Assembly (NCBI GenBank): GCA_050015075.1
Contig: JBEKCB010000005.1
Coordinates: 32,001 to 96,000 of the forward strand
Source of the DNA: Candidatus Brocadiia bacterium
GTDB taxonomy: Bacteria > Planctomycetota > Brocadiia > CAIUPP01
DNA length: 64,000 nt
Reading direction: 5' to 3'
The notes below the pieces were generated by a model. The model was not told the origin of the DNA. It made no database searches and was given only the letters and a program-made list of their open reading frames with translations. The position numbers were made by a program, and so were the translations under genes. Below, piece by piece: positions 18,159 to 28,244 of the stretch. The stretch's first letter is position 1. Each line of letters begins with the position of its first letter.

Positions 18159-20866
18159 GCCCCGGCGGCGCACGCTTCCACGCGAGCGGCGCAGCACTTG
18201 TATTCACCCGTGCGCGTGACGCTGTCGAACGCGTCGTTGGTCAGTGTGTTGGTGGGCGCCTCGACGAAGTGGAACGGCATCCAGACCGAGCCGGGCCGGA
18301 CTTTGTCGCTGACGCGTGCCGTGACCGCTACGGCGCCGCGCCGCGTGACGACGCGCGCCATGCCGCCGGCCGCGATGCCGAGGCGCTCCGCATCGGACAC
18401 GTGCATCTCGACGAAGTTGCGCGATTCCTTCTGCGAAATCGGCGCGCTCTTCCGCGTCATGTTCCCGACGTTGTAATGGTAGAGCGTCCGGCCCGTCGAG
18501 AGGATGAACGGGTACTCCGCGTCCGGCTGTTCCGCCGGCGGACGGAATTTGATGACGGCGAACGCGCCGCGCCCGCGCGTGAAGCGGCCCGCATGGAGAT
18601 ACGGCGTGCCGGGATGATCCTTCGTCGGGCACGGCCATTGCAGGCCGACGCGGTCAATCCGCTCGTAGGACATGCCGCCGTAGCTGGGGGTGAGCGAGGC
18701 GATCTCGTCGAAAATCTCGCGCGGGTGCGCGTACTTCATCGGGTAGCCCATCGCGGTGGAGACCAGGCAGAGGATTTCCCAGTCGGGCTTCGCCTCGCCC
18801 GGCGGCTGCACCGCCTTCCGCACGCGCTGCACGCGCCGCTCGGTGTTGGTGAACGTGCCGTCCTTCTCGGCGTAGCAGGCGCCCGGCAGAATGACGTGCG
18901 CGAGCTTGGCCGTCTCGGACATGAAGATTTCCTGGCAGACGAGGAACTCGAGCTTCCCGAGCGCGCGCGCGACCTTGTCCTGGTTCGGCTCGCTGAGGAC
19001 CGGGTCCTCGCCGAAGACGTAAAAGGCCTTGAGCACGCCCTCGTCGGCCTTCTCGATGAAGTCGGTCACGCGCCCGCCGAGGTTCGACGGAATCTCGACG
19101 CCCCATGCCTTGGAGAACTTCTCGCGCATGGCCGGGTCCGCGACGCGCTGGTAGCCGGGGAAGACGCTGTGGATCGCGCCCATGTCGCAGCCGCCCTGGA
19201 CGTTGTTCTGGCCGCGGAGCGGGTTGATCCCGGACGAGGGCTTGCCGATCTGCCCGCAGAGCATGGCGAGGTTGGCGAGGTTCTGGACGTTCTCGGTGCC
19301 GCAGGTGTGCTCGGTGATGCCGAGGGTGTAGAAGATCGCCGACGGCGTGCCGCGCGCGTACATTTCGGCGGCGCGGCGGATGAGGTCGGCGTCCACGCCG
19401 CAGACCTCGGCGGCCTTCGCGACCGGGTAAGCGCGCAGGTTCTCGCGGAACGCGTCGAACCCTTCGCACCGGTCGGCGGCGAACTGCGGGTCGTGCAGGT
19501 TCTTCTCGAGGATGTGGTTCATGATCGCGTTGACGAGGAAGTTGTCGGTGCCCGGTTTGTGCTGGATGTGGATGTCGGCGCGGCGGGCCATCCAGGTCTT
19601 GCGGGGATCGCAAACGACGAGGCGCGCGCCGCGGCGAAGCGCCTTCTTCATCTCGAAGCCGATGATCGGATGCGCGTCGGTCGGGTTCGCGCCGATGAGG
19701 AACAGCGTCTGCGCGTTCTTGATTTCGCCGATGCTGTTGGTCATGGCGCCGGAGCCGAGCGCCAGGGCGAGCCCGGCGACGGTGGGCGCGTGGCAGGTCG
19801 TCGCGCACTGGTCCACGTTGTTCGTGCCGGCGGCGGCGCGCGCCAGTTTCTGCGCGAGGTAGTTCTCCTCGTTCGTGCAGCGGCAGGAACTGAGGACCGC
19901 AACGCTGTCCGGGCCGTGCCGCTGGCGGATTTCCCCCATCCGCTTTCCGACGAGCGCGAGCGCCTCGTCCCACGACGCCTCGCGGAACGAGCCGTTCTCG
20001 CGGATCAGCGGCTTCGTCAGGCGTTCGGGCGAATGGACGAACTCGAACCCGAATTTCCCCTTCACGCACAGGTTGCCGTCGTTCGGCACGCAGCCCGGCT
20101 CCCCTGTGACGCGCACGATGCGGCCGCTGCGCGGGTTGACGTTCAGGTCCATCTGGCAGCCCGTTCCGCAATACGGGCACGTAGTCCTGACCTTGACCAG
20201 TTCCTTGGCGCGGCCGAGGCCCTCGGCGGAGCGCTCGTAGAGCGCCGCGGTCGGGCACGCGCCGACGCACTGGCCGCACAGCTCGCAGGTGCTCTCGTTG
20301 AGCGCGATGTCGAAGGCGGTGCTCACCTGCACGGGCAAGGCGCGGCTGCGCAGGGTGAGCGCCTCGGCCATGACCACCTCGGCGCAGATCTTGACGCAGC
20401 GCTGGCACCGCACGCATTTCGACGGATCGTACTCGATGCCTTTGTTGCCGGTGGTGTAGTTCGGCTGGCCCGGCGGCGTCATCACCGACGGGAAGCGCGT
20501 CTCGGACGCCTGGTATTCGTAGGCGTAATCCTGCAGCAGGCAGTCGCCGTCCTTGTCGCAACTGGTGCAGGCGACGCGGTGCTCGCTGAGGAGAAATTCG
20601 AGCGTGTTCTTCCGCGACGCGCGGACCGCGTCGGTCTGCGTGCGGACGGTCATGCCGGGCATCGCCATGCGCGTGCAGGCGGTGTGCATGCCGGCCTCGC
20701 CCTCGATCTCGACCAGGCACAGCCGGCACGCGCCGGTCGGCGTCAGCCGGGGATCGTGGCAGAGATGCGGGATCGGAATTCCGTTGGCCTCGGCGACCTC
20801 CAGGATCGTCTGGCCCTGCTGCGCGACGAGCGTCCGGCCGTCCATGTTCAGCTTGAGTTCGCTCAT
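18155..20866 (-). CDS. fdhA: Formate dehydrogenase alpha subunit (FdhF/FdsA type, Cys ligand, NuoG-like Fe-S N-terminus)
   Basis: IPHLC..GACRLC, H..AC..C..C, CVRCQRC, CELCGQC, TTCPYCGTGC, NNVDQCATTCHAPT, PLRGQNNVQG, EKDGTFTNTERR; no Tat signal. Confidence 0.92.
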   Translation of the reverse strand: MSELKLNMDGRTLVAQQGQTILEVAEANGIPIPHLCHDPRLTPTGACRLCLVEIEGEAGMHTACTRMAMPGMTVRTQTDAVRASRKNTLEFLLSEHRVACTSCDKDGDCLLQDYAYEYQASETRFPSVMTPPGQPNYTTGNKGIEYDPSKCVRCQRCVKICAEVVMAEALTLRSRALPVQVSTAFDIALNESTCELCGQCVGACPTAALYERSAEGLGRAKELVKVRTTCPYCGTGCQMDLNVNPRSGRIVRVTGEPGCVPNDGNLCVKGKFGFEFVHSPERLTKPLIRENGSFREASWDEALALVGKRMGEIRQRHGPDSVAVLSSCRCTNEENYLAQKLARAAAGTNNVDQCATTCHAPTVAGLALALGSGAMTNSIGEIKNAQTLFLIGANPTDAHPIIGFEMKKALRRGARLVVCDPRKTWMARRADIHIQHKPGTDNFLVNAIMNHILEKNLHDPQFAADRCEGFDAFRENLRAYPVAKAAEVCGVDADLIRRAAEMYARGTPSAIFYTLGITEHTCGTENVQNLANLAMLCGQIGKPSSGINPLRGQNNVQGGCDMGAIHSVFPGYQRVADPAMREKFSKAWGVEIPSNLGGRVTDFIEKADEGVLKAFYVFGEDPVLSEPNQDKVARALGKLEFLVCQEIFMSETAKLAHVILPGACYAEKDGTFTNTERRVQRVRKAVQPPGEAKPDWEILCLVSTAMGYPMKYAHPREIFDEIASLTPSYGGMSYERIDRVGLQWPCPTKDHPGTPYLHAGRFTRGRGAFAVIKFRPPAEQPDAEYPFILSTGRTLYHYNVGNMTRKSAPISQKESRNFVEMHVSDAERLGIAAGGMARVVTRRGAVAVTARVSDKVRPGSVWMPFHFVEAPTNTLTNDAFDSVTRTGEYKCCAARVEACAAGA

Positions 20867-20873
20867 GTCGCTG

Positions 20874-23800
20874 TCACATCCTCCGTTCGAGATCGCAGCG
20901 CAGGCATCGGCCGGCCTCGGCGCAGGCGCTGGCGGGCGAAAGGCCGCGAACGACTTCCTGGAAGTTGCGCCGCCGCTCACCGACCGGGAGCATCTCCTCC
21001 GCGACCCGCGGCGCGGTCGTCTCGAGTTCCTCCTCGGTCGGACGGCGGAGGCTATAGCTCACCTCGGGCGGCAGCGCGCCCTTCCCGCCGAGGCGCCGGT
21101 CAATCGCCATGGCGGCGCGCTGGCCGCTGGCAATCGCCTCGATCGCGCTCCCGCCGCCGCTGACCACGTCGCCGCCGGCGAACACGTCGGCGGCGGAAGT
21201 CTGCAAGGTGGCCATGTCGGCGAGGACGGTTTTCCCGGCGGTCAATTCGACTCCGACGGCCGGCTCGACCGACGCGACTTGGCCGATCGCGGGCAGGACC
21301 ATGTCGCACTCGATCGTGAATTCGCTGCCCTCGATCGGGACGGGCCGGCGGCGGCCGGTGGCATCCGCATCGCCCAGCCGCATGCGCAGCAACTCGATGC
21401 CGACCACCTTTCCGCTCTCGCCGAGGATCTGCTTCGGGGCGACGAGCACGTGCAGTTCCGCGCCCTCGTTCAGCGCCTCCTCGATCTCTTCCTCGTAGGC
21501 GGGCATCTCCTCGCGGGTGCGGCGATACAGGATGAGGACCTTCCTCGCGCCGAGCCGCAGCGCCGAGCGCGCCGCGTCTATCGCGGCATTGCCGCCGCCG
21601 ACCACGGCGACGACCTCGCCGCTTCTCGGCGTCCGGCCGAGCGCGCGGGCGCGGAGGAACTCCAGGCTGTCCTGAACGCCGTCGAACTCTTCGCCGGGGA
21701 TGCGCAGCATCGCCGCCTTCTGCGCGCCGGTGGCCAGGAAGATTGTCTTGAAGCCTTCCTTGCGCAGGTCGGCCAGGTCGCGGACCGGCGTGCCGGTGCG
21801 GAGCTCGACGCCGTGCCGAAGGATGAACTCGATGTCCTTCTCGAGGATCGTCTTGGGCAGCCGGTACTCCGGGATGCCCAGCGCCAGCATGCCGCCGGGG
21901 ATCGGCTGCGACTCGAAGACCACGGAGCGCCTTCCCATCAGCGCCAGGAAATAGGCGCAGCTCAGGCCGGCCGGGCCGGCGCCGACGATGGCGACCTGCG
22001 CTTTGCCCTTCGCCGGCGGCATGAGCGTGGCTTCGTATTTCTTCGCGTGGTCGGCGGCGAACCGCTTGAGCGCGCGGACGGCGAGCGGCTCATCGAGGTC
22101 CGCGCGGCGGCAGCGCCGTTCGCAGGGATGGTCGCAGACGCGCCCGCAGACCGAGACGAACGGGTTGCGGCGGCGGATGACGTTCACCGCGTCGTCGAGC
22201 CGGTCCTCGGCGACGAGCGCCAGGTACTCCGGCACGTTGACCGCCGCCGGGCACGCGTGCGCGCACGGCGCGGGCGCGAGCGCCTCGCACGCGGAGGCGC
22301 GGCAGTGCTTGAGCCGGATGTGCTCCTCGTACTCCTCGCGGAAATACCGGATCGTGGTGAGCACCGGGTTCGGCGCGGTCTGGCCCAGCCCGCACAGCGA
22401 GGATTGCTTGACGTCGAGCGCGAGCCGCTCGAGCGCCTGGATGTCGCCCTCGCGTCCTTCGCCCGCGCAGATGCGCTGGAGGATGTCCAGCATGTGCCGC
22501 GTGCCGACGCGGCACGGCACGCATTTGCCGCACGATTCGCTCTGCGTGAATTCCAGGAAGAACCGCGCGATGTCCACCATGCAGGTGTTCTCGTCCAGGA
22601 CGATCAGCCCGCCGGAGCCCATGATCGCGCCGATCTTCTTGACCGAGTCGTAGTCCAGCGCCAGGTCGAGGTATTGCGCCGGCACGCAGCCGCCCGACGG
22701 CCCGCCCATCTGCGCGGCCTTGAAGCGGCGGTTCTTCGGGATGCCGCCGCCGATGTCGAAGATGATCTGGCGCAGCGTCGCGCCCATCGGCACTTCGACC
22801 AGCCCTGTGTTGTTGACCTTGCCGGCCAGCGCGAAGATCTTCGTCCCCGTGCTGCCGGCCGTCCCGATGGCGCGATACCAGTCTTTGCCCTTCTGGAAGA
22901 TCAGCGGCACGTTCCCGAACGTCTCGACGTTGTTGATGCAGGTCGGCTTGCCGAGGTAGCCGCTCTGCACCGGGAACGGCGGCCGCGGCCGCGGCATGCC
23001 GCGGTGGCCCTCGAGCGAAGCGATCAGCGCGCTCTCTTCGCCGCAGACGAACGCGCCGGCGCCCATGCGCACCTCGATGTCGAACGAGAAACCGCTGCCG
23101 AGGATGTTCTCGCCCAGAAGGCCGCAGGCCCGCGCCTGCTCCAACGCGATGCCGACGTGCTCGACGGCGATCGGGTATTCGGCCCGGACGTAGACGAAGC
23201 CGTGCGACGCGCCGATGGCGTACGCGCCGATGAGCATGCCTTCGAGCACCGCGTGCGGATCGCCCTCGAGCAGCGCGCGGTCCATGAACGCGCCGGGGTC
23301 GCCCTCGTCGGCGTTGCAAATCAGGTACTTCTCCGTCCCGGCGGATTTGCGGGCGAGGTTCCACTTGATACCGGTGGGGAAACCGGCGCCGCCGCGCCCG
23401 CGCAGGCCGGACGCGGTGACCTCGTCAATGACCTGCTGCGGCTGCCGGCCGGTCAGCACCTTGGCGGCGGCGTCGTACGCGCCCCGCGCGATGGAGTCCT
23501 CGATGCGCCTCGGGTCCACGCGGCCGCAGTTCGCGAGCACTTCGCGCCGCTGGTTCTTGCTGAAGGGAATGTCGCCCATGGCCGGCGTGAGCTGCCCGTT
23601 CGAGCCGGCGCAGAGCCGCTCGACGGGCTTGCCCTGGCGGAGCGTCCGCTCGATGATCTCGTCCACGTCCTCCGGCCGCACGCCGCCGTAGAGAAAGTCC
23701 TGCGGCTCGACAAGGACCAGCGGCGCGCGCGCGCACTGGCCCAGGCATCCGACCTCGACGACGGCCACTTCCCGGTCGAGCCGGCCCGCGGCCAGCTTCT

Positions 23801-23951
23801 CCCGGAACGCGCGGCAAAGCTCCACCGCGCCCATGGCGCGGCAACCGGTCATGCAGATCAGCACGCGGGAGCGGAACTTCTTGTGCGCCTCGAGAGCCTT
23901 CTCGCGTACCGACGCGAGGTCCTGCAGCCCGCGGATTCGGGAATATGCCAT
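20874..23951 (-). CDS. NuoF/HydB-like NAD(H)/FMN subunit fused to GltD/NfnB-like FAD-NAD(P)H oxidoreductase
   Basis: Trx-like 2Fe-2S (CMTGC..GCLGQC), SGLRGRGGAGFPTG, NADEGDPGAFMDR, GGPSGG, ESCGKCVPCRVG; then CAHACP, CGRVCDHPCERRC, GAGPAG, GGGNAA, EAGRCLRC. Confidence 0.9.
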   Translation of the reverse strand: MAYSRIRGLQDLASVREKALEAHKKFRSRVLICMTGCRAMGAVELCRAFREKLAAGRLDREVAVVEVGCLGQCARAPLVLVEPQDFLYGGVRPEDVDEIIERTLRQGKPVERLCAGSNGQLTPAMGDIPFSKNQRREVLANCGRVDPRRIEDSIARGAYDAAAKVLTGRQPQQVIDEVTASGLRGRGGAGFPTGIKWNLARKSAGTEKYLICNADEGDPGAFMDRALLEGDPHAVLEGMLIGAYAIGASHGFVYVRAEYPIAVEHVGIALEQARACGLLGENILGSGFSFDIEVRMGAGAFVCGEESALIASLEGHRGMPRPRPPFPVQSGYLGKPTCINNVETFGNVPLIFQKGKDWYRAIGTAGSTGTKIFALAGKVNNTGLVEVPMGATLRQIIFDIGGGIPKNRRFKAAQMGGPSGGCVPAQYLDLALDYDSVKKIGAIMGSGGLIVLDENTCMVDIARFFLEFTQSESCGKCVPCRVGTRHMLDILQRICAGEGREGDIQALERLALDVKQSSLCGLGQTAPNPVLTTIRYFREEYEEHIRLKHCRASACEALAPAPCAHACPAAVNVPEYLALVAEDRLDDAVNVIRRRNPFVSVCGRVCDHPCERRCRRADLDEPLAVRALKRFAADHAKKYEATLMPPAKGKAQVAIVGAGPAGLSCAYFLALMGRRSVVFESQPIPGGMLALGIPEYRLPKTILEKDIEFILRHGVELRTGTPVRDLADLRKEGFKTIFLATGAQKAAMLRIPGEEFDGVQDSLEFLRARALGRTPRSGEVVAVVGGGNAAIDAARSALRLGARKVLILYRRTREEMPAYEEEIEEALNEGAELHVLVAPKQILGESGKVVGIELLRMRLGDADATGRRRPVPIEGSEFTIECDMVLPAIGQVASVEPAVGVELTAGKTVLADMATLQTSAADVFAGGDVVSGGGSAIEAIASGQRAAMAIDRRLGGKGALPPEVSYSLRRPTEEELETTAPRVAEEMLPVGERRRNFQEVVRGLSPASACAEAGRCLRCDLERRM

Positions 23952-23962
23952 GCGCCTCACCT

Positions 23963-24442
23963 TCAGGGATACTGCTGGAGAATGGATTTCACGCGCGAGC
24001 CGGTCATGCGGCCGTAGTAATCGTTCCCCACCATCATGACCGGCGCCAGGAAACAGGTGCCGAGGCAGGCCACGGTCTCGAACGTGAACCGCATGTCCGG
24101 AGTGGTCTCGCCTTCCTCGACGCCCAGAAAACTCCGCGCCGCTTCGGCGACTTTCTTTCCGCCTTTGACGTGGCAGGCCGTGCCGCGGCAGCAGCGGACC
24201 GTGTGCCGGCCGCTCGGCGTGAGCCGGAATTGCGCGTAGAAAGTGGCGACGCCGTAAATCCGGCTCGCCGGCAGCCCCGCGCGCGCGGCGACTTCCAGGA
24301 TCACCTCGCGCGGCAGATAGCCGTACTGGTCCTGCAGGCGCTGCAACAGCGGGATGATGTCCTTCTCGCGGACCGGCGACATTTCGGCGAGGACCTTCAA
24401 CGCAGGCGCCATCGGTGCGGCGGCCGTCTCAGCAACGCTCAT
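23963..24442 (-). CDS. NuoE/HydC-like 2Fe-2S subunit
   Basis: IIPLLQ..Q..YGYLP, GVATFYAQF, CRGTACHVKG, VACLGTCFLAP. Confidence 0.92.
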   Translation of the reverse strand: MSVAETAAAPMAPALKVLAEMSPVREKDIIPLLQRLQDQYGYLPREVILEVAARAGLPASRIYGVATFYAQFRLTPSGRHTVRCCRGTACHVKGGKKVAEAARSFLGVEEGETTPDMRFTFETVACLGTCFLAPVMMVGNDYYGRMTGSRVKSILQQYP

Positions 24443-24537
24443 GCTCTCCTCCGCGCACTCGGGGAACCGCCGACGCATTCTTCATTGTCCCCGAATTATA
24501 GCACGGGAGAATGAAAAGTGAAACGCGCAAAATTAAA

Positions 24538-25659
24538 CTACGAGCGCCGCTGCGCGATCGGCGGCACCTTTAGGTCCACCGGGCCGACGTACTTCGCCAG
24601 CGGCCGGATCAGCCGGTTGTCCGCGTACTGCTCCAGGACGTGCGCCGTCCAGCCGACCGTGCGCGACGCCGCGAACACCGGCGTAAACAGGTCCGTCGGA
24701 ATCCCGAGCAAGTGATAGACGCTCGCGGAGTAGAAGTCCACGTTGCAGTGGATTTTCTTCTCCTCGAGCATCACATGCTCGACGACCTGCGAAATCTCGA
24801 ACCACTGGGGCTGGCCGAGCTTCTCGCCGAGCTCCTGCGACCAGCGCCGCAGGAACGTCGCGCGCGGGTCTTCGGTCTTGTACACGCGGTGGCCGAAGCC
24901 CATCACCTTCTGTTTCGCGGCGAGCAGCCGGCGCACGTGATCGGCCGCCTTGGCGGGCCGGCCGATCTCCTGGAGCATCAGCATCACCTTCTGGTTGGCG
25001 CCGCCATGGAGCGGGCCGCGCAGCGCGCCGATCGCGCCGGTGATCGCCGAGTAGATGTCCGAGAGCGTCGCGGCGATCACGCGCGCGGTGAAGGTCGAGG
25101 CGTTGAACTCGTGCTCCGCGTGCAGGATCAGGCAGCCGTCGAAGATGCGCGCCGCGCGCTCGTCCGGCCGCTTGCCGCTGAGCATGTAGAGGAAGTTGGC
25201 CGCGTGCGAAAGGCCCGGCTCTGGCTGCACCGGCCCGTGCCCGCGCCGCAGCCGGTGGATCGAAGCCACGATGCTCGCGATCTGCGCGGTCATCTCCTGC
25301 GCCATCTCCAGGTTCACCGCCAAGTCGCTGCTCTCCGCGCGCGGATCGGTCAACCCCATCGCCGAGACGCACGTGCGCAGGAGCGACATCGCCGGCGCTG
25401 ACGCGGGCAGGTCGCCGAGCAGGTGATGCATCGCGCCGGAAAGCGGCCGGTGCGCGGCGAGCTTCCGTTTCAGCGAGTCCAGCTCGGCGGCCGTCGGCAG
25501 CGCGCCCGTCCAGAGCAAGTGCGCGACCTCCTCGAACCCGCAATGCTCCACGAGGTCCGCGACATCGTAGCCGCGATAGACCAGCCGCCCCTTCACGCCG
25601 TCCAGCAGGCAGATCTTGGAATCCGACGCGATGACGTCCTGCAGTCCGCCTTCGGCCAT
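24538..25659 (-). CDS. Citrate / 2-methylcitrate synthase (short type)
   Basis: HAEHEFNASTF, GPLHGGAN, MGFGHRVYKTEDPR, NVDFYS; CitZ vs PrpC cannot be resolved by eye. Confidence 0.9.
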   Translation of the reverse strand: MAEGGLQDVIASDSKICLLDGVKGRLVYRGYDVADLVEHCGFEEVAHLLWTGALPTAAELDSLKRKLAAHRPLSGAMHHLLGDLPASAPAMSLLRTCVSAMGLTDPRAESSDLAVNLEMAQEMTAQIASIVASIHRLRRGHGPVQPEPGLSHAANFLYMLSGKRPDERAARIFDGCLILHAEHEFNASTFTARVIAATLSDIYSAITGAIGALRGPLHGGANQKVMLMLQEIGRPAKAADHVRRLLAAKQKVMGFGHRVYKTEDPRATFLRRWSQELGEKLGQPQWFEISQVVEHVMLEEKKIHCNVDFYSASVYHLLGIPTDLFTPVFAASRTVGWTAHVLEQYADNRLIRPLAKYVGPVDLKVPPIAQRRS

Positions 25660-25688
25660 GGTGTTTCCCCTTCGATTTTGAAAATCTC

Positions 25689-25717
25689 TTGACCCTTACT
25701 CAAGTCTATCTTAGAAT
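25689..25717 (+). promoter_or_regulatory. sigma70-type promoter of sucCD
   Basis: TTGACC-17nt-TAGAAT. Confidence 0.6.
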
Positions 25718-25768
25718 CGGGAGCGACGCAAATTCGTTGCTTCGCTGGGAAAGGTCGGGGCGCGCGCG

Positions 25769-26935
25769 ATGAACATCCACGAATACCAGGCCAAGGCGCT
25801 GCTCGCTGCGCGGGGACTCGCCGTGCCCGCCGGCCGGCTCGCGGCGACGCCGGAACAGGCCGCGCAGGCCTTCGACGAACTGCGCCGCCCGCGCGCCGTC
25901 GTCAAGGCGCAAATCCACGCCGGCGGACGCGGCAAGGCCGGCGGCGTGCTCTTTGTCTCCAGCCGGGTCGAGGCCGAAGCCGCCGCGAAGAAACTCCTCG
26001 GCCACACGCTCGTGACCGCTCAGACCGGCCCGCGCGGCCGGCCGGTCAATCAAGTGCTCGTCCAGGAGCATCTCGACCTCGCGCGCGAGCTCTATCTCGG
26101 CCTCTCGCTCGACCGAAGCAGCGGCCGCCCGCAGGCCATCGTGTCGGCGCGCGGCGGGATGGACATCGAGGAACTCGCTCGGACCGAACCGAACGCCATC
26201 CTCTGCGAATACGGCGATCCGGACCACGGCCTCGCCCCGTTCCAGGCGCGTAACCTGTTCACGGGTCTCGGGTTACCGCACGAGCAGATGAAGCCGGCGA
26301 TGGAGCTCATCCTGGCGCTGGCGCGGACTTTCATCGAGTGCGACTGCTCGCTGATCGAGGTCAATCCGCTGGCGCTGTGCGCCGACGGGCGGCTGCTCAT
26401 CGCGGACTTGAAGATGGCCTTCGACGACAACGCGCTGCGGCGGCATCCCGACATCGCCGCGCTGCGCGACACGGCGCAGGAAGACCCGCGCGAGGTCGAG
26501 GCGGAGCAATACGATCTGAGTTACGTCGGCCTCGACGGGAATATCGGCTGCATGGTCAATGGCGCGGGGCTGGCGATGGCGACGATGGACCTCATCCGGC
26601 TGCAGGGCGGCGAGCCGGCGAATTTCCTCGACGTGGGCGGCGACGCGACCGTGGAAAAAGTGACCGCGGCGTTCCGGCTGATCGAGAAGGACGAGCACGT
26701 GAGCGCGATCCTCGTCAACATCTTCGGCGGGATCGTCCGCTGCGATTTAGTCGCGGACGGCATCGTCGTAGCGGTCGGCCAGGTCGGGCTGCGCGCGCCG
26801 CTCGTCGTCCGCCTCGAAGGCAACAACGCCGAAACCGGCCGCAAAGTTCTCGCCGGCTGCGGCCTGCGCATTACCTCCGCCGAGTCGCTCGAAGACGCCG
26901 CCGCAAAAGCGGTCGCGCTGGCGAAGACCGCATAG
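25769..26935 (+). CDS. sucC: Succinyl-CoA synthetase beta subunit
   Basis: [48 protein letters not shown]. Confidence 0.96.
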   Translation: MNIHEYQAKALLAARGLAVPAGRLAATPEQAAQAFDELRRPRAVVKAQIHAGGRGKAGGVLFVSSRVEAEAAAKKLLGHTLVTAQTGPRGRPVNQVLVQEHLDLARELYLGLSLDRSSGRPQAIVSARGGMDIEELARTEPNAILCEYGDPDHGLAPFQARNLFTGLGLPHEQMKPAMELILALARTFIECDCSLIEVNPLALCADGRLLIADLKMAFDDNALRRHPDIAALRDTAQEDPREVEAEQYDLSYVGLDGNIGCMVNGAGLAMATMDLIRLQGGEPANFLDVGGDATVEKVTAAFRLIEKDEHVSAILVNIFGGIVRCDLVADGIVVAVGQVGLRAPLVVRLEGNNAETGRKVLAGCGLRITSAESLEDAAAKAVALAKTA

Positions 26936-26950
26936 TTGAGAAAGGGCGCT

Positions 26951-27826
26951 ATGAGCATCCTGGTGGACAGCGCGACGCGCGTCGCCATTCAGGGCATCAC
27001 CGGCCACGCCGGCGCGTTCCATGCACGGCTCATGCTCGAGTACGGGACCAAGGTCGTCGCCGGCGTGACGCCCGGCAAAGGAGGGACGACCGCCGAAGGC
27101 GTGCCTGTCTTCGACACGCTGGCGGAAGCCGTGGCCCGCACGGGCGCGGACGCCTCGGTCATCTTCGTCCCGGCCGCCATCGCCGCCGACGCGATCGAGG
27201 AAGCGGCCGCCGAAGGCGTGAAGCTCATCGTCTGCATCACCGAAGGGATTCCCGCGCTCGACGTCGCCCGGGCGCGCGCCTACGTCCGCCAGCGCGGGGC
27301 GCGGCTGATCGGGCCGAACTGTCCGGGCCTGATCACGCCGGGCGAATGCAAGCTGGGCATCATGCCCGGCCCGATCCACCGGCCCGGCGGCGTCGGCGTA
27401 ATCTCGCGCAGCGGCACGCTCACCTACGAGGCGATCTGGCAACTGACGCAGATCGGCCTCGGCCAGTCCACCGCCGTGGGAATCGGCGGTGACCCGATCA
27501 CCGGCACGAGTTTCGTGGACGCACTCGAGCTTTTCGAGCGGGACGAGGCGACCCAGGCGGTCGTCCTGATCGGCGAGATCGGGGGCGCGGCAGAAGAGGA
27601 GGCAGCGGAATTCATCCGCGCGCACTTCAGCAAGCCGGTGGTCGCCTTCATCGCCGGCCGTTCCGCGCCGCCCGGCAAGCGCATGGGCCACGCCGGCGCC
27701 ATCGCCACGCGCTCTTCCGGGACCGCTGAGGAGAAAATCTCCGCGCTCCAGACCGCCGGAGTCCGAGTCGAACTCAATCCCGCCCGGATCGGACGGGCGA
27801 TGCAGGATTTCCTTGCGGGCCGGTGA
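26951..27826 (+). CDS. sucD: Succinyl-CoA synthetase alpha subunit
   Basis: [35 protein letters not shown]. Confidence 0.96.
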   Translation: MSILVDSATRVAIQGITGHAGAFHARLMLEYGTKVVAGVTPGKGGTTAEGVPVFDTLAEAVARTGADASVIFVPAAIAADAIEEAAAEGVKLIVCITEGIPALDVARARAYVRQRGARLIGPNCPGLITPGECKLGIMPGPIHRPGGVGVISRSGTLTYEAIWQLTQIGLGQSTAVGIGGDPITGTSFVDALELFERDEATQAVVLIGEIGGAAEEEAAEFIRAHFSKPVVAFIAGRSAPPGKRMGHAGAIATRSSGTAEEKISALQTAGVRVELNPARIGRAMQDFLAGR

Positions 27827-27941
27827 CCAACGAAACCAACCTGCGCCCTGCGCCTCCCGCAACGCCTCAACTGGCGCGCCGCTGACCTGTGCCTGACCTG
27901 AGACCAACCTGTGGCTGACTTGCGACCCAGCCAATCTGCGA

Positions 27942-28023
27942 TTTGCGCGATTACCGGCTATCTTCCATTAGAGTATACTGCAACAGAATATAGCCATCCA
28001 GCCGGAGGCTCTCGACGGGAGAA
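27942..28023 (+). repeat. Upstream copy of the duplicated padR promoter/operator module
   Basis: Gap-free alignment to 28157-28238, about 60/82 identical by hand; TTACCG-17-TATACT. Confidence 0.75.
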
Positions 28024-28156
28024 ACATCAGTACAAGACTGGGCGACGCTGGCGCGCGACCCACGAAGGCACGCCTGCGCCTGCTGCGACGCCGCGACTGA
28101 CGACCCTGCTACCTGCGACTGACTCTCGACTGACTTTTGACCTGGCTACTCTACGG

Positions 28157-28238
28157 TTTGCGCGATTGACGGCTATATTCTGTCGCAGTATACTGCTGTG
28201 GAATATAGCAGTCCCACGCGAGGCTCTTGATGAGAGGA
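28157..28238 (+). promoter_or_regulatory. padR promoter overlapped by a 38-bp palindromic operator
   Basis: TTGACG-17-TATACT (28166-28194) within GCTATATTC-N4-GCAGTATACTGC-N4-GAATATAGC (28172-28209). Confidence 0.7.
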
Positions 28239-28244
28239 GGGGCG

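Noticed and set aside
18155-20866. Selenocysteine recoding in fdhA
   Set aside because: The ligand codon is TGC (Cys) and there is no in-frame TGA.
18269-24017. Very long plus-strand ORFs (964 aa and 1154 aa) and similar antisense ORFs throughout the window
   Set aside because: They are shadow ORFs of strongly supported opposite-strand genes in high-GC DNA and carry no motifs.
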